NCBI GenBank assembly: GCA_047610985.1
Contig: JBLFWU010000003.1
Span: 1 to 64,000, forward strand
Reading direction: 5' to 3'
Length of the DNA: 64,000 nt
DNA from: Nitrospinales bacterium
Lineage (GTDB): Bacteria > Nitrospinota > Nitrospinia > Nitrospinales > VA-1
Shown here one piece after another: positions 1 through 9,732 of this stretch. The notes under the pieces were generated by a model. The model did not search any database. It worked only from the letters and a program-made list of their open reading frames with translations, and was not told the DNA's origin. Positions within the stretch are counted from its first letter, which is position 1. The number at the start of each line of letters is the position of its first letter. The translations under genes and the position numbers were made by a program.

Positions 1-2
1 TT

Positions 3-272
3 GGAGAGATTAGCAATATCATTAATAAAATAAACGATATTTCCAGCACCATTGCCAGTGCAGTCGAAGAACAAAGTGCAACAACAAATGAAATGTCGAG
101 AAATGTTCAGGAAGCCGCAAAGGGAGTCGGGGAAATCTCACAGAATATCTCTGGTGTTTCAACCGCAGCGGAAGAAACCACACAAGGTTCCAGTCAGACC
201 AAGGATGCAGCCAACGAGCTTTCAAAGCTTGCAGTTGATCTCCAAGGCCTGGTGAGTAGATTTAAAATTTAA
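3..272 (+). CDS. Methyl-accepting chemotaxis protein, C-terminal fragment (5' end lies outside the window)
   Basis: Frame 3 is open from the window edge to the TAA at 270-272. The translation (…[63 protein letters not shown]…) matches the conserved MCP signalling-domain hairpin (EEQSA…TNEMS…). Confidence 0.8.
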   Translation, partial: GEISNIINKINDISSTIASAVEEQSATTNEMSRNVQEAAKGVGEISQNISGVSTAAEETTQGSSQTKDAANELSKLAVDLQGLVSRFKI

Positions 273-287
273 AAGATTTAAAAACTA

Positions 288-320
288 AAAAGCCCCTGGA
301 ATAATCCAGGGGCTTTTTTT
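288..320. terminator. Bidirectional rho-independent terminator
   Basis: GC stem gcccctgg / ccaggggc (292-299 / 306-313) with loop aataat, flanked by A-run upstream and T-run 314-320; lies between convergent MCP and ccp genes. Confidence 0.8.
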
Positions 321-332
321 AATTAACGAGAC

Positions 333-1325
333 CTATGGAAGATCTGGGAAAACAACCTCGATAGGTTCTCCATCGAGAGCTACTAAAAATTCAACCAGAT
401 CCTTTTTCTCCTGCGTAGTCAATCCAAGAGGAGTAATAAAAGGACTCAAATTTTCTTTTACATCCCCTCCCCGGTCATAAAACTCAACCACATCTTTCAA
501 TGTAGCTTCTGTTCCATTATGCATATAAGGAGCAGACTGAGTAATACTGCGTAAACCTGGAGTTTTAAAAGCACCTTTATCAAAGTCTTCTTTGCTTTCA
601 TTATAGCGACCCAAGTCAACCTTCAAAGGGCCTGCCGCCTTAACCCCAATATTATGGAAGCCACTATCGGTAAAAACTGCACCGTTGTGACAAATAGCGC
701 ACTTGGCCTTCCCAAAAAACAGGTTCATGCCATTCACCGCCGATGCAGACATAGCGGATTTGTCACCAGCCCAATACTTATCGTAGGGGGCATTTTTAGA
801 CACGACCGATCTTTCAAAAGTAGCGATCGCTTTGGCAATGTTGTCAATGGTCAGGGAGTTTTTTCCAAATACAGAGATGAATCGTTTGACATAACCCGGT
901 ATGGCATTTAGCTCACGGATTAGTTTGTCATAATCCTGATTCATTTCAACGGCAGCTTCTATAGGACCTTTCGCCTGATCTTCCAACGATTTTTTTCTTC
1001 CATCCCACATCTGGACTTCAAAATAGCCACTGTTTATAATGGTGGGAGCATGCCGACCCAATTCCTTTTGACCATCCCCAATAGTGCGCGGAAGGCCATC
1101 TCCCCAACCCAACCCGGGGTTATGGCAGGTGGCACAACTTATCCAGTTGCTTCCCGACAATCGCGGATCAAAATAAAGCATCTTCCCCAACGCTTCCTTT
1201 TCTTTGGACCATTTATTGTCTGCCGGATGCTTCATTTCCGGAACCGGCTCATAAACAGATTCTTCTGCCCATGCGGTCGAAAATAAAAAAATTCCAAACA
1301 CAACCGCAATAATCAGCTGTCGCAT
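333..1325 (-). CDS. ccp: Di-haem cytochrome c peroxidase (CCP/MauG family), periplasmic
   Basis: N-terminal signal peptide. Two CxxCH haem-binding motifs (CATCHNPG and CAICHNG), with the spacing typical of bacterial di-haem CCP. Confidence 0.9.
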   Translation of the reverse strand: MRQLIIAVVFGIFLFSTAWAEESVYEPVPEMKHPADNKWSKEKEALGKMLYFDPRLSGSNWISCATCHNPGLGWGDGLPRTIGDGQKELGRHAPTIINSGYFEVQMWDGRKKSLEDQAKGPIEAAVEMNQDYDKLIRELNAIPGYVKRFISVFGKNSLTIDNIAKAIATFERSVVSKNAPYDKYWAGDKSAMSASAVNGMNLFFGKAKCAICHNGAVFTDSGFHNIGVKAAGPLKVDLGRYNESKEDFDKGAFKTPGLRSITQSAPYMHNGTEATLKDVVEFYDRGGDVKENLSPFITPLGLTTQEKKDLVEFLVALDGEPIEVVFPDLP

Positions 1326-1341
1326 AAACTCCTTCTTTCTA

Positions 1342-1803
1342 TTAGTGGCAATTTTCTAATCCTCTTTTTGCTAGATATTGCTGATGATAGTCCTCAGCAA
1401 TATAATATTTTGACTCGGCGGTGATTTCCGTAACGATAGGACTTTGAAATCGCCCTGAGTTTTGTTCTTTAGATTTTATGGCAGCCGCCTCCTGAACCGA
1501 GTCTGCAAAATACACTACAGACCGATACTGCGTACCTCTATCTGGCCCCTGTCTATTTAATGTCGTCGGATCGTGACACCCCCAGAACACATCGAGCAAT
1601 TCTTCATAAGAAACAGCAGAAGGATCGAATTCAACCCAAACTACTTCTGCGTGGTTGGTTTTCCCCGTGCATACTTGCTCATAAGTCGGGTTGTCTACAG
1701 CCCCTCCTGTGTAACCAACAGAAGTGGAAGTAACCCCTTTGACTTTGCCAAAGGTTACTTCAATACCCCAGAAACATCCTGCCCCGAAAATTGCGGTTGC
1801 CAT
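1342..1803 (-). CDS. msrA: Peptide methionine-S-sulfoxide reductase MsrA
   Basis: GCFWG active-site motif near N-terminus (MATAIFGAGCFWGIE), typical MsrA length 153 aa. Confidence 0.92.
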   Translation of the reverse strand: MATAIFGAGCFWGIEVTFGKVKGVTSTSVGYTGGAVDNPTYEQVCTGKTNHAEVVWVEFDPSAVSYEELLDVFWGCHDPTTLNRQGPDRGTQYRSVVYFADSVQEAAAIKSKEQNSGRFQSPIVTEITAESKYYIAEDYHQQYLAKRGLENCH

Positions 1804-1815
1804 ACTTCCTCCTAT

Positions 1816-2094
1816 TTAGCTTCGGCTGGTGATCTCGATCAGGTGAAATCCGAATTGAGTTTTAACCGGACCATGAACTTTTCCCACATCGTCATTAAAC
1901 ACGACTGTATCAAATTCAGGAACCATTTGACCGGGACTGAACTCGCCCAAACCTCCGCCGTCATTTCCTGATGGACAATCTGAATGCTGTTTCGCCATAT
2001 CAGCAAAATCAGCACCTCCTTCAATCTTATTTTTCAAATCTAAACAGGCTTCTTCGGTTTTGACAAGAATATGTCGAGCGCTTGCTTTAGGCAT
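1816..2094 (-). CDS. ppiC: Parvulin-type peptidyl-prolyl cis-trans isomerase (PpiC-like)
   Basis: 92 aa, ARHILVK…CPSG…GGDLG-like motif (here GGGLGEF), typical single-domain parvulin. Confidence 0.85.
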   Translation of the reverse strand: MPKASARHILVKTEEACLDLKNKIEGGADFADMAKQHSDCPSGNDGGGLGEFSPGQMVPEFDTVVFNDDVGKVHGPVKTQFGFHLIEITSRS

Positions 2095-2920
2095 TGGTAT
2101 TTCCTTTCTTATTAAGTGGTGAATTATAAAATCTAAAATAGAACCCTATCAATATCAACCCCAATACCACTAGGGCCGTAAAATGCGGCATATACTTAGC
2201 AGAATACCAGGAAGGAGAAAACTGCATAACCCCTCTTATCTCTCCCGAATAATGCTTTAGCATTTCACCATATTCTACCATCAGCCGAACGGGAAAACGA
2301 TCTTCATCCAAATCGCCCCCACGTTTTACTGTCACATCAAAGTTTTTCTTCTCATTACCTCTTAGCGTAAACCCCATCATTCCATTAAATTTTTCTGCGA
2401 CCATTCCCGGCGGCAATAGCAACATCATCCTGATATTTTTTAATGAGTCCGAATTATTTTGAATCATAATCCTTAAATTAGATGACGCTGAGCCACCAGA
2501 GGATTGAATACTACCTGCAACTTGCGATTTGACGGGTTCTTCAAAATAAAAAGAATCCGTATGTAAAATCGTTTTGCTTTCTCCCCCCTCAAAAAGGGTT
2601 TTATATTTTACCATCGCGGAAATAGGATATCTGCCAACCCGAAGAACCGGAGGGTGCTTGTCGTTCTCAAGAGTAATACTCTGCCCCGGCCCAAGCTCTC
2701 GAATTACAGTCATCATAGACATCGAGTGGTGAAAATGAAACATCGGCTGAATATGGAAAACGGGTTTTGAGCCTGTATTTTTCATAGACAATGCCAAACC
2801 CACCTGCCCATCTTGATTCACATCACTATTAATTAAAACCTGCAAAGATTGCCCCAGCACCTGATTAGGGAAAGCAACAAGGAAAATCAACACAAATAAA
2901 TGGCGCATATAAATTTTCAT
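2087..2920 (-). CDS. Hypothetical secreted protein
   Basis: 277-aa ORF with a predicted signal peptide (MRHLFVLIFLVAFPNQVLGQ). No recognisable catalytic motif. Overlaps ppiC by 8 bp, suggesting co-transcription. Confidence 0.5.
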   Translation of the reverse strand: MKIYMRHLFVLIFLVAFPNQVLGQSLQVLINSDVNQDGQVGLALSMKNTGSKPVFHIQPMFHFHHSMSMMTVIRELGPGQSITLENDKHPPVLRVGRYPISAMVKYKTLFEGGESKTILHTDSFYFEEPVKSQVAGSIQSSGGSASSNLRIMIQNNSDSLKNIRMMLLLPPGMVAEKFNGMMGFTLRGNEKKNFDVTVKRGGDLDEDRFPVRLMVEYGEMLKHYSGEIRGVMQFSPSWYSAKYMPHFTALVVLGLILIGFYFRFYNSPLNKKGNTNA

Positions 2921-3060
2921 TATCTTGACCGTTATTATTCAAATTATTTTAATTCAAAAGCACATTCAGGGCAACAGAATGCCCTTTTATATTAATCGGA
3001 TTTGGCACACAAAAGTTGTTATTATTGAAGAAGTAATCGAAACCTATTAGGAGAATCGCT

Positions 3061-3810
3061 ATGGATACTCTACTGACTATTTTTGTAGTACTAGGCTTGG
3101 TGTTATTCAGCACATTTCGGGTATTGAGGGAATATGAACGAGGAGTTATTTTTCTTCTTGGAAGGTTCTGGAAAGTAAAAGGCCCCGGCGTTATAATTGT
3201 TTTCCCCGGAATACAGAAAATGGTCAAGGTCAGTTTGCGAACTGTGGTAATGGATGTGCCTCCACAAGACATCATCACTAAAGACAACGTAACTGTGAAG
3301 GTCAATGCGGTAATCTATTTTCGTGTCGTGGACTCGCAAAAGGCGATCATTGAGGTCGAAGATTTTCTTTACGCAACTTCTCAGCTTTCACAAACTACAC
3401 TGCGAAGCGTATTAGGACAAAGCACCCTTGACGACTTACTATCCAACCGCGAAGAGATCAACGCTCACCTGCAAAAAGTTATTGATGAACAAACCGGACC
3501 CTGGGGTGTCAAGGTCGCAAACGTAGAAGTTAAAAACGTTGACCTACCACAGGAAATGCAAAGAGCATTAGCAAAACAGGCGGAAGCAGAACGCGAGCGA
3601 CGCGCAAAAGTTATCAATGCTCAGGGAGAATTCGAAGCAGCTCAGAAAACCTGCGATGCGGCAGACTTGATTGGTAGCCACCCACCGGCTTTGCAACTAC
3701 GTTTTTTTCAGACTTTGTTGGATCTCTCTAATAATGAGGGGAACCATACTTTTGTCCCTATCCCTATCGAGCTATTCGAATCATTCCGAAATAAGGGGAA
3801 TAAACCCTGA
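3061..3810 (+). CDS. SPFH/band-7 (stomatin/slipin-like) membrane protein
   Basis: N-terminal TM helix followed by the SPFH domain signature (…[14 protein letters not shown]…[29 protein letters not shown]…) and a C-terminal EAERE/RRAK coiled coil. Confidence 0.85.
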   Translation: MDTLLTIFVVLGLVLFSTFRVLREYERGVIFLLGRFWKVKGPGVIIVFPGIQKMVKVSLRTVVMDVPPQDIITKDNVTVKVNAVIYFRVVDSQKAIIEVEDFLYATSQLSQTTLRSVLGQSTLDDLLSNREEINAHLQKVIDEQTGPWGVKVANVEVKNVDLPQEMQRALAKQAEAERERRAKVINAQGEFEAAQKTCDAADLIGSHPPALQLRFFQTLLDLSNNEGNHTFVPIPIELFESFRNKGNKP

Positions 3811-3863
3811 CACAGTTTTATTATTTTTAGCCCTATCGAAATAATATTTTCTCCCGTATTTTT

Positions 3864-6800
3864 ATGGAAGCTTATTCCAAAATAAACCAGTTTCTGATTC
3901 GTGTTCAGAAAAGCTGCAATCGAATTCGGCTCATATTGGGAGCATATTTGTTTTCCACTTCCCTTCTGGGAATTCTCTTGTGCGTGGCACTGTTTTATTA
4001 CCTACAACCTTCGGCAATCAGCTATTACGCATCCATCCTACTTTTTTTAATTATAGGGAAGTATGTCTACTCCACGGCGCGTTCAAGTTCATTAAATAAA
4101 ATCGATCGAGAGGGTGCAGCGCTACTTACTGAAAAGAAATACCCCGAACTAAACAATTCCCTCATAAATTCCGCGCAATTGGGTGAGCTTGTTTCCGACC
4201 CTGCCAAAGAAAAAATTTTCTCTTCAGCTTTTATTTGCGAATTATTGGCCCGGACTCAAAACCATCTAACTAAACTAAATGCCAACTCGGTTATTGAAAA
4301 AAACAGGACAACACGTTCAAGAAATTTATTTCTAAGCACCCTGGCACTTGGCTTGGTTGCCACCTTTATCGTTCCTGACTTCTGGCAACAAGCACTAAAA
4401 AACAGCTACGCTTCAATTAATCCTCTGCAAACAATAGCGGCAGAAAAAAATATTTCAAGACCCGAATTGGCAGAACCGGTTTACAGTATCGATGAACTAG
4501 CGCTGACATTAAACTATCCCGCGTACACACGCTTATCAGCGAAAAAGATTAATCCCTCTAATGGTTCCGTAAAAGCATTACCTGGAACAGAAGTTCTCAT
4601 TAAAGGTAAAATCAATCAAGCTGTTCAAACTGCCAGTTTAGTCGTTAATGAGAAAGACTCTTTTCTCATGGAATCAAAAAAAGACTCCTCTCTATCCGGG
4701 TCTTTTATGATCCGCGAAAAAGGCTTCTACCAATTCAGAGTTAAAGGGCTTTCAGGAAGCCGTATCGTGTTGCCGCAAAGATTCCCTATAGAGCTTGAAA
4801 AAGATCAAAAGCCCCGCATCCTTTTATTTCCTGCCAATCCAAAGCCGGTATACTTTGACACCGATAAAATCCAGATATTCTATGAAGGAAGCGATGATTT
4901 TGGCATCCGAAGTATAGAACTAGTCGCGCAGATCGAAGACAGTGCAATTCGAAAAAATATCAAAAGCCTAAAAAACGGAGAAAAAGCATCCCAGGGTAGG
5001 TTTACCTGGAACCTAGCTTTGGAATCATTAAAGCCGGGACAAGAGATTCAATATTATCTAGAAATTAAGGATAATGATAATGTTTCCGGCCCTAACATAA
5101 ACCAGTCCGAAATGATTAGCTTCACCATTTTCGACACACGTAAGGAGCAGGAAAACCTAGTTCGGCTTCAAGATGAATTGACAGAAAAAATGATCGCCCT
5201 GTTAGCAACCGGATTGGTAGAAGACAACATTCTAAAGAAAACCACCAAGGATGCTCTTTACGGGAAAAAACTACTCGCCTCGAATGCCGATGCTCTGATT
5301 GACATTATTGGCCTCGCGCAACATATAAAAATCCAGGCAGAAGAACTTGGCAGTTTCCCACAAGCCTACCTGACATTATTAAACAATATTATTTCGGGAT
5401 TAAATACAATCCGTCAGGAGAAAATTGACGCGATCGACAAAATTCAAGGAACAATAATGAAACCCACCCCGGTGGACTACAACTTATTCTCCATCGAAGT
5501 TTTAAATGATCGCATGGTCACTCACTTAGAACGCGATATTCTTTACCTGATAAAAATCACCAATCGCCAGAAGATGGATAGGGTAATGGACCTGGAAAAT
5601 CAGCTGTCAGAACTAACCGAGGCCCTGCAAGAAGAATTTAAAAACCTGAAAAATAAAAAGTCCCCCTTAGACGCCAACAAACTCAAATCCAAGCTCGACC
5701 AGATAGAGAAAACGTTAAAACAACTCATGAAAAAGTTGGAGCAGCAAAACCAATCGATGCCCGATGAATTCCTGAATTCCAAATCCTACAAAAACATGAA
5801 CTTGGAAAAAATGATGGCGTCGATTGAAAAAATTCAAGACCTGGCGAATCAAGGAAAAATGGATGAAGCCATGGAGCAACTTAAAAAAATGGCTGAGGAG
5901 TTAAGAAAATTTGCAGAACAATTAGATCAAGCTGAATCTTCCATGGAAGAAATGGTCGATACAGAAATGATGGAACAGCTCAACGAGTCCACGCTTGAAT
6001 TGAAAGATATGGAAAAGAAACAACGCGAGATCATAAAAAAAACCTCGAAAATAAACCAGGAACTACGACAGAAGCAGTCCAAAAAATTTGAGTCGCTGGT
6101 TAAAAAGTTTTTTGAAGAAATTAAAAAAGATGTGGATTCCATTCGCGCCATTCTTGATAACGATAAAAACTACCTCAATGAGCATTCAGCCATGAAAAAG
6201 CTGAGCAAACTCCTTGAAAAAGAGTCAATTCTAAACCAAGAAATACAATCGCTGGGACAAGAGACCATAGACTCCAGCCTTAAAGAGAGCCTTGCAACAA
6301 ACTTTGCTCAATTGAAGGACCGCCAACGACAACTTTCTAGCACATTATCTGAAATGAGTTCTCTCCGAGCAATGGGACTTCAGGAATTCAAAGAGAAACT
6401 TCCGGAGCTACAAAAAAAATACGATTCATTGAAAGAGCTTGCCGAGTTAAGTGAGTTGAACGAATTCAATTTACTTTTCAAGAACACCTATCCAGAAATA
6501 TTCCGCTGGCAGGGCAACATGCAAGCTTCACGAAACGAAGATATTGGCGGCAAAATAAGAGATGACTTGAAGCAGGTGAATCGATTGAATGGAGAGATAT
6601 CCAAGAAGCTGGGCTCATTAAAACGTTCGATCGAAACCAGCAACGATTCGCTCCTTCCCAAAGAAGCGAAGAGCCAGTTAAAGAAAATGGCACAGCAGGA
6701 AAAATCTATGCAAGGAAAAGCCGAAGGAATGCAAAAACAGTTTTCTGAGATGAACCAGAGGAATCCTTTACTCCCACCCTCCCTCGCGCAAAACATGCAG

Positions 6801-7178
6801 ATGGCAGGGAAAAACCTGCAACGTGCTGAGTCTCGCTTACAGGGAAGTCAGGTACAAAGAAGCATTGAGTCTGAAAACAAGGCCCTGAAACAAATTCAAG
6901 AAGCACAGAGTATGTTAAGCGAAATGAAAAAGTCTGGATCGCAAATGTCCCAACAGGGCAAGCAACAAAATCAGCTTCAACTCGGAACGGGAAGTCGCAG
7001 AGACTCAAGGCCTGGAGGTGCTATGCGAATGCAAAAGGAAAAAGTTCTCTTGCCTTCGGACGATCAATACAAAGTACCCAGCGAGTTCCGCGAAGACATT
7101 CTCGATGCTATGAAAAAACAAACACCGAAGAACTACGAACAACTGGTCAACGAATATTATAGAGAACTCGTACAATGA
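3864..7178 (+). CDS. Large membrane-anchored coiled-coil protein (1104 aa), function unknown
   Basis: Two N-terminal hydrophobic helices, then roughly 800 aa of highly charged E/K/Q-rich heptad-like sequence. No Walker A motif, no MotA-like 4-TM bundle and no vWA MIDAS motif. Stop overlaps the start of the next gene (ATGA). Confidence 0.6.
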   Translation: MEAYSKINQFLIRVQKSCNRIRLILGAYLFSTSLLGILLCVALFYYLQPSAISYYASILLFLIIGKYVYSTARSSSLNKIDREGAALLTEKKYPELNNSLINSAQLGELVSDPAKEKIFSSAFICELLARTQNHLTKLNANSVIEKNRTTRSRNLFLSTLALGLVATFIVPDFWQQALKNSYASINPLQTIAAEKNISRPELAEPVYSIDELALTLNYPAYTRLSAKKINPSNGSVKALPGTEVLIKGKINQAVQTASLVVNEKDSFLMESKKDSSLSGSFMIREKGFYQFRVKGLSGSRIVLPQRFPIELEKDQKPRILLFPANPKPVYFDTDKIQIFYEGSDDFGIRSIELVAQIEDSAIRKNIKSLKNGEKASQGRFTWNLALESLKPGQEIQYYLEIKDNDNVSGPNINQSEMISFTIFDTRKEQENLVRLQDELTEKMIALLATGLVEDNILKKTTKDALYGKKLLASNADALIDIIGLAQHIKIQAEELGSFPQAYLTLLNNIISGLNTIRQEKIDAIDKIQGTIMKPTPVDYNLFSIEVLNDRMVTHLERDILYLIKITNRQKMDRVMDLENQLSELTEALQEEFKNLKNKKSPLDANKLKSKLDQIEKTLKQLMKKLEQQNQSMPDEFLNSKSYKNMNLEKMMASIEKIQDLANQGKMDEAMEQLKKMAEELRKFAEQLDQAESSMEEMVDTEMMEQLNESTLELKDMEKKQREIIKKTSKINQELRQKQSKKFESLVKKFFEEIKKDVDSIRAILDNDKNYLNEHSAMKKLSKLLEKESILNQEIQSLGQETIDSSLKESLATNFAQLKDRQRQLSSTLSEMSSLRAMGLQEFKEKLPELQKKYDSLKELAELSELNEFNLLFKNTYPEIFRWQGNMQASRNEDIGGKIRDDLKQVNRLNGEISKKLGSLKRSIETSNDSLLPKEAKSQLKKMAQQEKSMQGKAEGMQKQFSEMNQRNPLLPPSLAQNMQMAGKNLQRAESRLQGSQVQRSIESENKALKQIQEAQSMLSEMKKSGSQMSQQGKQQNQLQLGTGSRRDSRPGGAMRMQKEKVLLPSDDQYKVPSEFREDILDAMKKQTPKNYEQLVNEYYRELVQ

Positions 7179-8728
7179 CAAAAGAAATAAAAATATTCTT
7201 TTCGCTCGGGGTATTCTTTCTGTATCTTTCTGGCACCACATCTGCTGCGCCTACATTCACGGACAAAATGCTCAAGGGCTATGAGCTCGCTCAGGACTGG
7301 GATTTGATTGCCGCCCAAAAACTTTCCCATTCCCTGCTCAAGAAGCACCCCGAATCCGGTGATGCGCATTTTCTCAGCGCCCGAATTGAATTTTTAAAAG
7401 GAAACTACGAGCGTGCATGGGAAGTTTTAGAAAGAGTCGGCGATTCCTACGAAGAAGTTACCGAGTTCAAGAAGCGAGTCGAGGCTACCCGAAAGGCCAC
7501 CAAAAATTTCGTTACCCGAGAAACTGCGCATTTCCGCTTTCGCTATGAAGAAGGTCCTGACGAGGTTCTTCTAATTTATGCAGAAGAGGTTCTGGAAAAA
7601 TCTTACCAGGTGCTAGGAAAAATTCTCGATCATTATCCTCAAGAAAAAGTTCTCATCGAGATTTATCCCGATCGGCAACCCTTTTCCAAAATTTCCCCAC
7701 TGACCTTACAAGACATTCTCACATCCGGAACAGTAGCGCTGTGTAAATACAATCGCATTATGATGATTTCGCCAGGGTCACTGGTTCGTGGATTCAACTG
7801 GATGGATACCCTGAGCCACGAATACGTTCATTACCTCCTGACAAAGAAGAGCCGTAATCGGTTACCCCTTTGGATGCATGAGGGAATAGCAAAATTTCTT
7901 GAAACAAGATGGCGTGACGACTCAAAGTACTTGTCTCCCATTATGGAAACCATTCTTTCCGGCGCACTCAAAAATGATTACAGAATCGCATTGGAAGATA
8001 TGATGCCGTCCCTTGCGAAACTAAAAACCGCCAAAGACGTGCAACTTGCTTATGCAGAAGTGTCGACGATGATGGAATTTCTCGCAGAGTCAAAGGGCAT
8101 GGATATTTTTACTCAGCTTCTTGATGATTTGGCCAAAGACATACGCTTTGAAGACAGTTTTAAAAACAGGACCAGACTCGACATTCTTTCGTTTCAGAAT
8201 AACTGGGAATTATGGGCTAAAAAGAAGGAGCTAAAGTTCATCCCGGGCATTACTGCTTTGAACAAAGAGTTCAAAAATAAAAACAAACCAGAAAAAAAAT
8301 TTAAAGGACTGGGCACCCGGCGAGCGCAAGACCTGACTTTTTTAGGTGATATCTTAAAGTCTCGCGATCATTACAACGCAGCCATCCTTGAATACCAAAA
8401 GGCAAAAGAAGAGTCTTCTACTCATTCACCCATATTGTTTAACAAACTAGCTGGCACTTATATTCAAACACGGAAATATGATGAAGCAGAGTTGCTTTTA
8501 AAAGAAAGCCTGGAGTATTATTCTGACTTTCACACCACACTCGCTAATCTTGGCGAGCTTTATTTTGTTAGCGAAAGGTTTGACAAAGCGCAAAAATATC
8601 TTGAGAAAGCGGTTCGCATCAACCCATTCAATCCTTTCATCCATACCCGATTGATAGAGTTATACGATCGCATGTCAAAGACTGAAGAAAAAAAATTACA
8701 AACCCAGTTGTTCAGCTTAATAGATTGA
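7175..8728 (+). CDS. Secreted/periplasmic HExxH (peptidase-MA-like) domain protein with C-terminal TPR repeats
   Basis: Signal peptide. HEYVH…PLWMHEGIAKF resembles the HExxH…E zinc-binding arrangement of the Peptidase_MA_2 family. C-terminal TPR-like repeats (…AILEYQKAKEE…, …ANLGELYFVSERFDKAQKYLEKAVRINP…). Confidence 0.65.
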   Translation: MTKEIKIFFSLGVFFLYLSGTTSAAPTFTDKMLKGYELAQDWDLIAAQKLSHSLLKKHPESGDAHFLSARIEFLKGNYERAWEVLERVGDSYEEVTEFKKRVEATRKATKNFVTRETAHFRFRYEEGPDEVLLIYAEEVLEKSYQVLGKILDHYPQEKVLIEIYPDRQPFSKISPLTLQDILTSGTVALCKYNRIMMISPGSLVRGFNWMDTLSHEYVHYLLTKKSRNRLPLWMHEGIAKFLETRWRDDSKYLSPIMETILSGALKNDYRIALEDMMPSLAKLKTAKDVQLAYAEVSTMMEFLAESKGMDIFTQLLDDLAKDIRFEDSFKNRTRLDILSFQNNWELWAKKKELKFIPGITALNKEFKNKNKPEKKFKGLGTRRAQDLTFLGDILKSRDHYNAAILEYQKAKEESSTHSPILFNKLAGTYIQTRKYDEAELLLKESLEYYSDFHTTLANLGELYFVSERFDKAQKYLEKAVRINPFNPFIHTRLIELYDRMSKTEEKKLQTQLFSLID

Positions 8729-8738
8729 GGTTCTCTGA

Positions 8739-9725
8739 ATGGAAGATTTAGAACTGGCCCAGGAACTGCTAAAGGCCAAAAAAAATGTAGTCGATGAGAT
8801 ACAGAAAGTCATCATAGGCCAAGATGAGGTAATCGAAGACCTTCTCGTTGCGCTTTTTTCTAAAGGCCACTGCCTTTTCGTGGGTGTGCCTGGATTAGCG
8901 AAAACCCTTTTAGTCAGCACCCTTGCGCAGGTATTGAACCTCGGGTTCAGCCGAATTCAGTTTACCCCCGACCTCATGCCGTCAGACATAACGGGAACAG
9001 ATATCCTGCATGAAGATACTGCATCTGGAAAGAGAGTGTTCCAGTTCATCAAGGGTCCTATTTTCTCAAATATAATTTTAGCGGATGAGATCAATCGAAC
9101 GCCGCCAAAAACCCAGGCGGCTCTGTTACAAGCAATGCAGGAAAAACAAGTTACCGTAGGGGGAAACACTTATCCGCTTGCCCCACCCTTTCTGGTTTTT
9201 GCAACGCAAAACCCCATTGAACATGAAGGCACCTATCCTCTACCAGAAGCGCAGCTCGACCGGTTCATGTTTATGATTAACGTGACCTATCCCAGTAAAG
9301 AGGAAGAAATCAAGATCGCACTTTCCACCACTTCAGGTCAGTTGCCAGAGTTACAACCTATCCTGAATTCCGAACAAGTTTTAAAATTTCAAGATCTGGT
9401 TCCACGAGTCCCTGTTTCCGACCACGTTGCCCGCTATGCAGTGGAACTTGCGCAAAATACCCGGCCACAGCAAAATGGAAACGTACTGGATTTTGTTAAG
9501 GAATGGATTGATTGGGGGGCAGGACCGAGAGCGTCTCAATATCTTATCTTGGGAGCCAAGGCAAAAGCGCTGTTGGACAACCGCGTCGCGGCGACAATCG
9601 AGGACGTCAAAGCCGTTTCCCGCCAGGTCCTGGAACATCGGATTATATTAAACTTCAAAGCTGAAGCAGAGAATATAAAAGTCACCGATGTCATAGAAAA
9701 ACTTCTAACTGAGGTTAAACCTTAA
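8739..9725 (+). CDS. MoxR-family AAA+ ATPase
   Basis: Walker A (GVPGLAKT), Walker B (ILADEINR) and sensor regions in the arrangement typical of MoxR/AAA_3. Length 328 aa. Confidence 0.9.
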   Translation: MEDLELAQELLKAKKNVVDEIQKVIIGQDEVIEDLLVALFSKGHCLFVGVPGLAKTLLVSTLAQVLNLGFSRIQFTPDLMPSDITGTDILHEDTASGKRVFQFIKGPIFSNIILADEINRTPPKTQAALLQAMQEKQVTVGGNTYPLAPPFLVFATQNPIEHEGTYPLPEAQLDRFMFMINVTYPSKEEEIKIALSTTSGQLPELQPILNSEQVLKFQDLVPRVPVSDHVARYAVELAQNTRPQQNGNVLDFVKEWIDWGAGPRASQYLILGAKAKALLDNRVAATIEDVKAVSRQVLEHRIILNFKAEAENIKVTDVIEKLLTEVKP

Positions 9726-9732
9726 ATAGCCT

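Noticed and set aside
3864-7178. Identification of the giant coiled-coil protein as an SMC/Rad50-like ATPase or Zorya ZorA
   Set aside because: No Walker A/B or signature motifs. Only two N-terminal hydrophobic helices, not a MotA-like 4-TM bundle. No MotB-like partner.
5600-7369. Multiple 60-100-aa minus-strand ORFs inside the 1104-aa coiled-coil gene
   Set aside because: They lie antisense within a long, well-supported ORF and have low-complexity Ser/Phe-rich translations typical of antisense frames of E/K-rich genes.
8739-9725. Canonical MoxR-vWA pair
   Set aside because: No vWA/MIDAS (DxSxS) motif was found in any neighbouring ORF. The partnership is therefore non-canonical or the partner is elsewhere.
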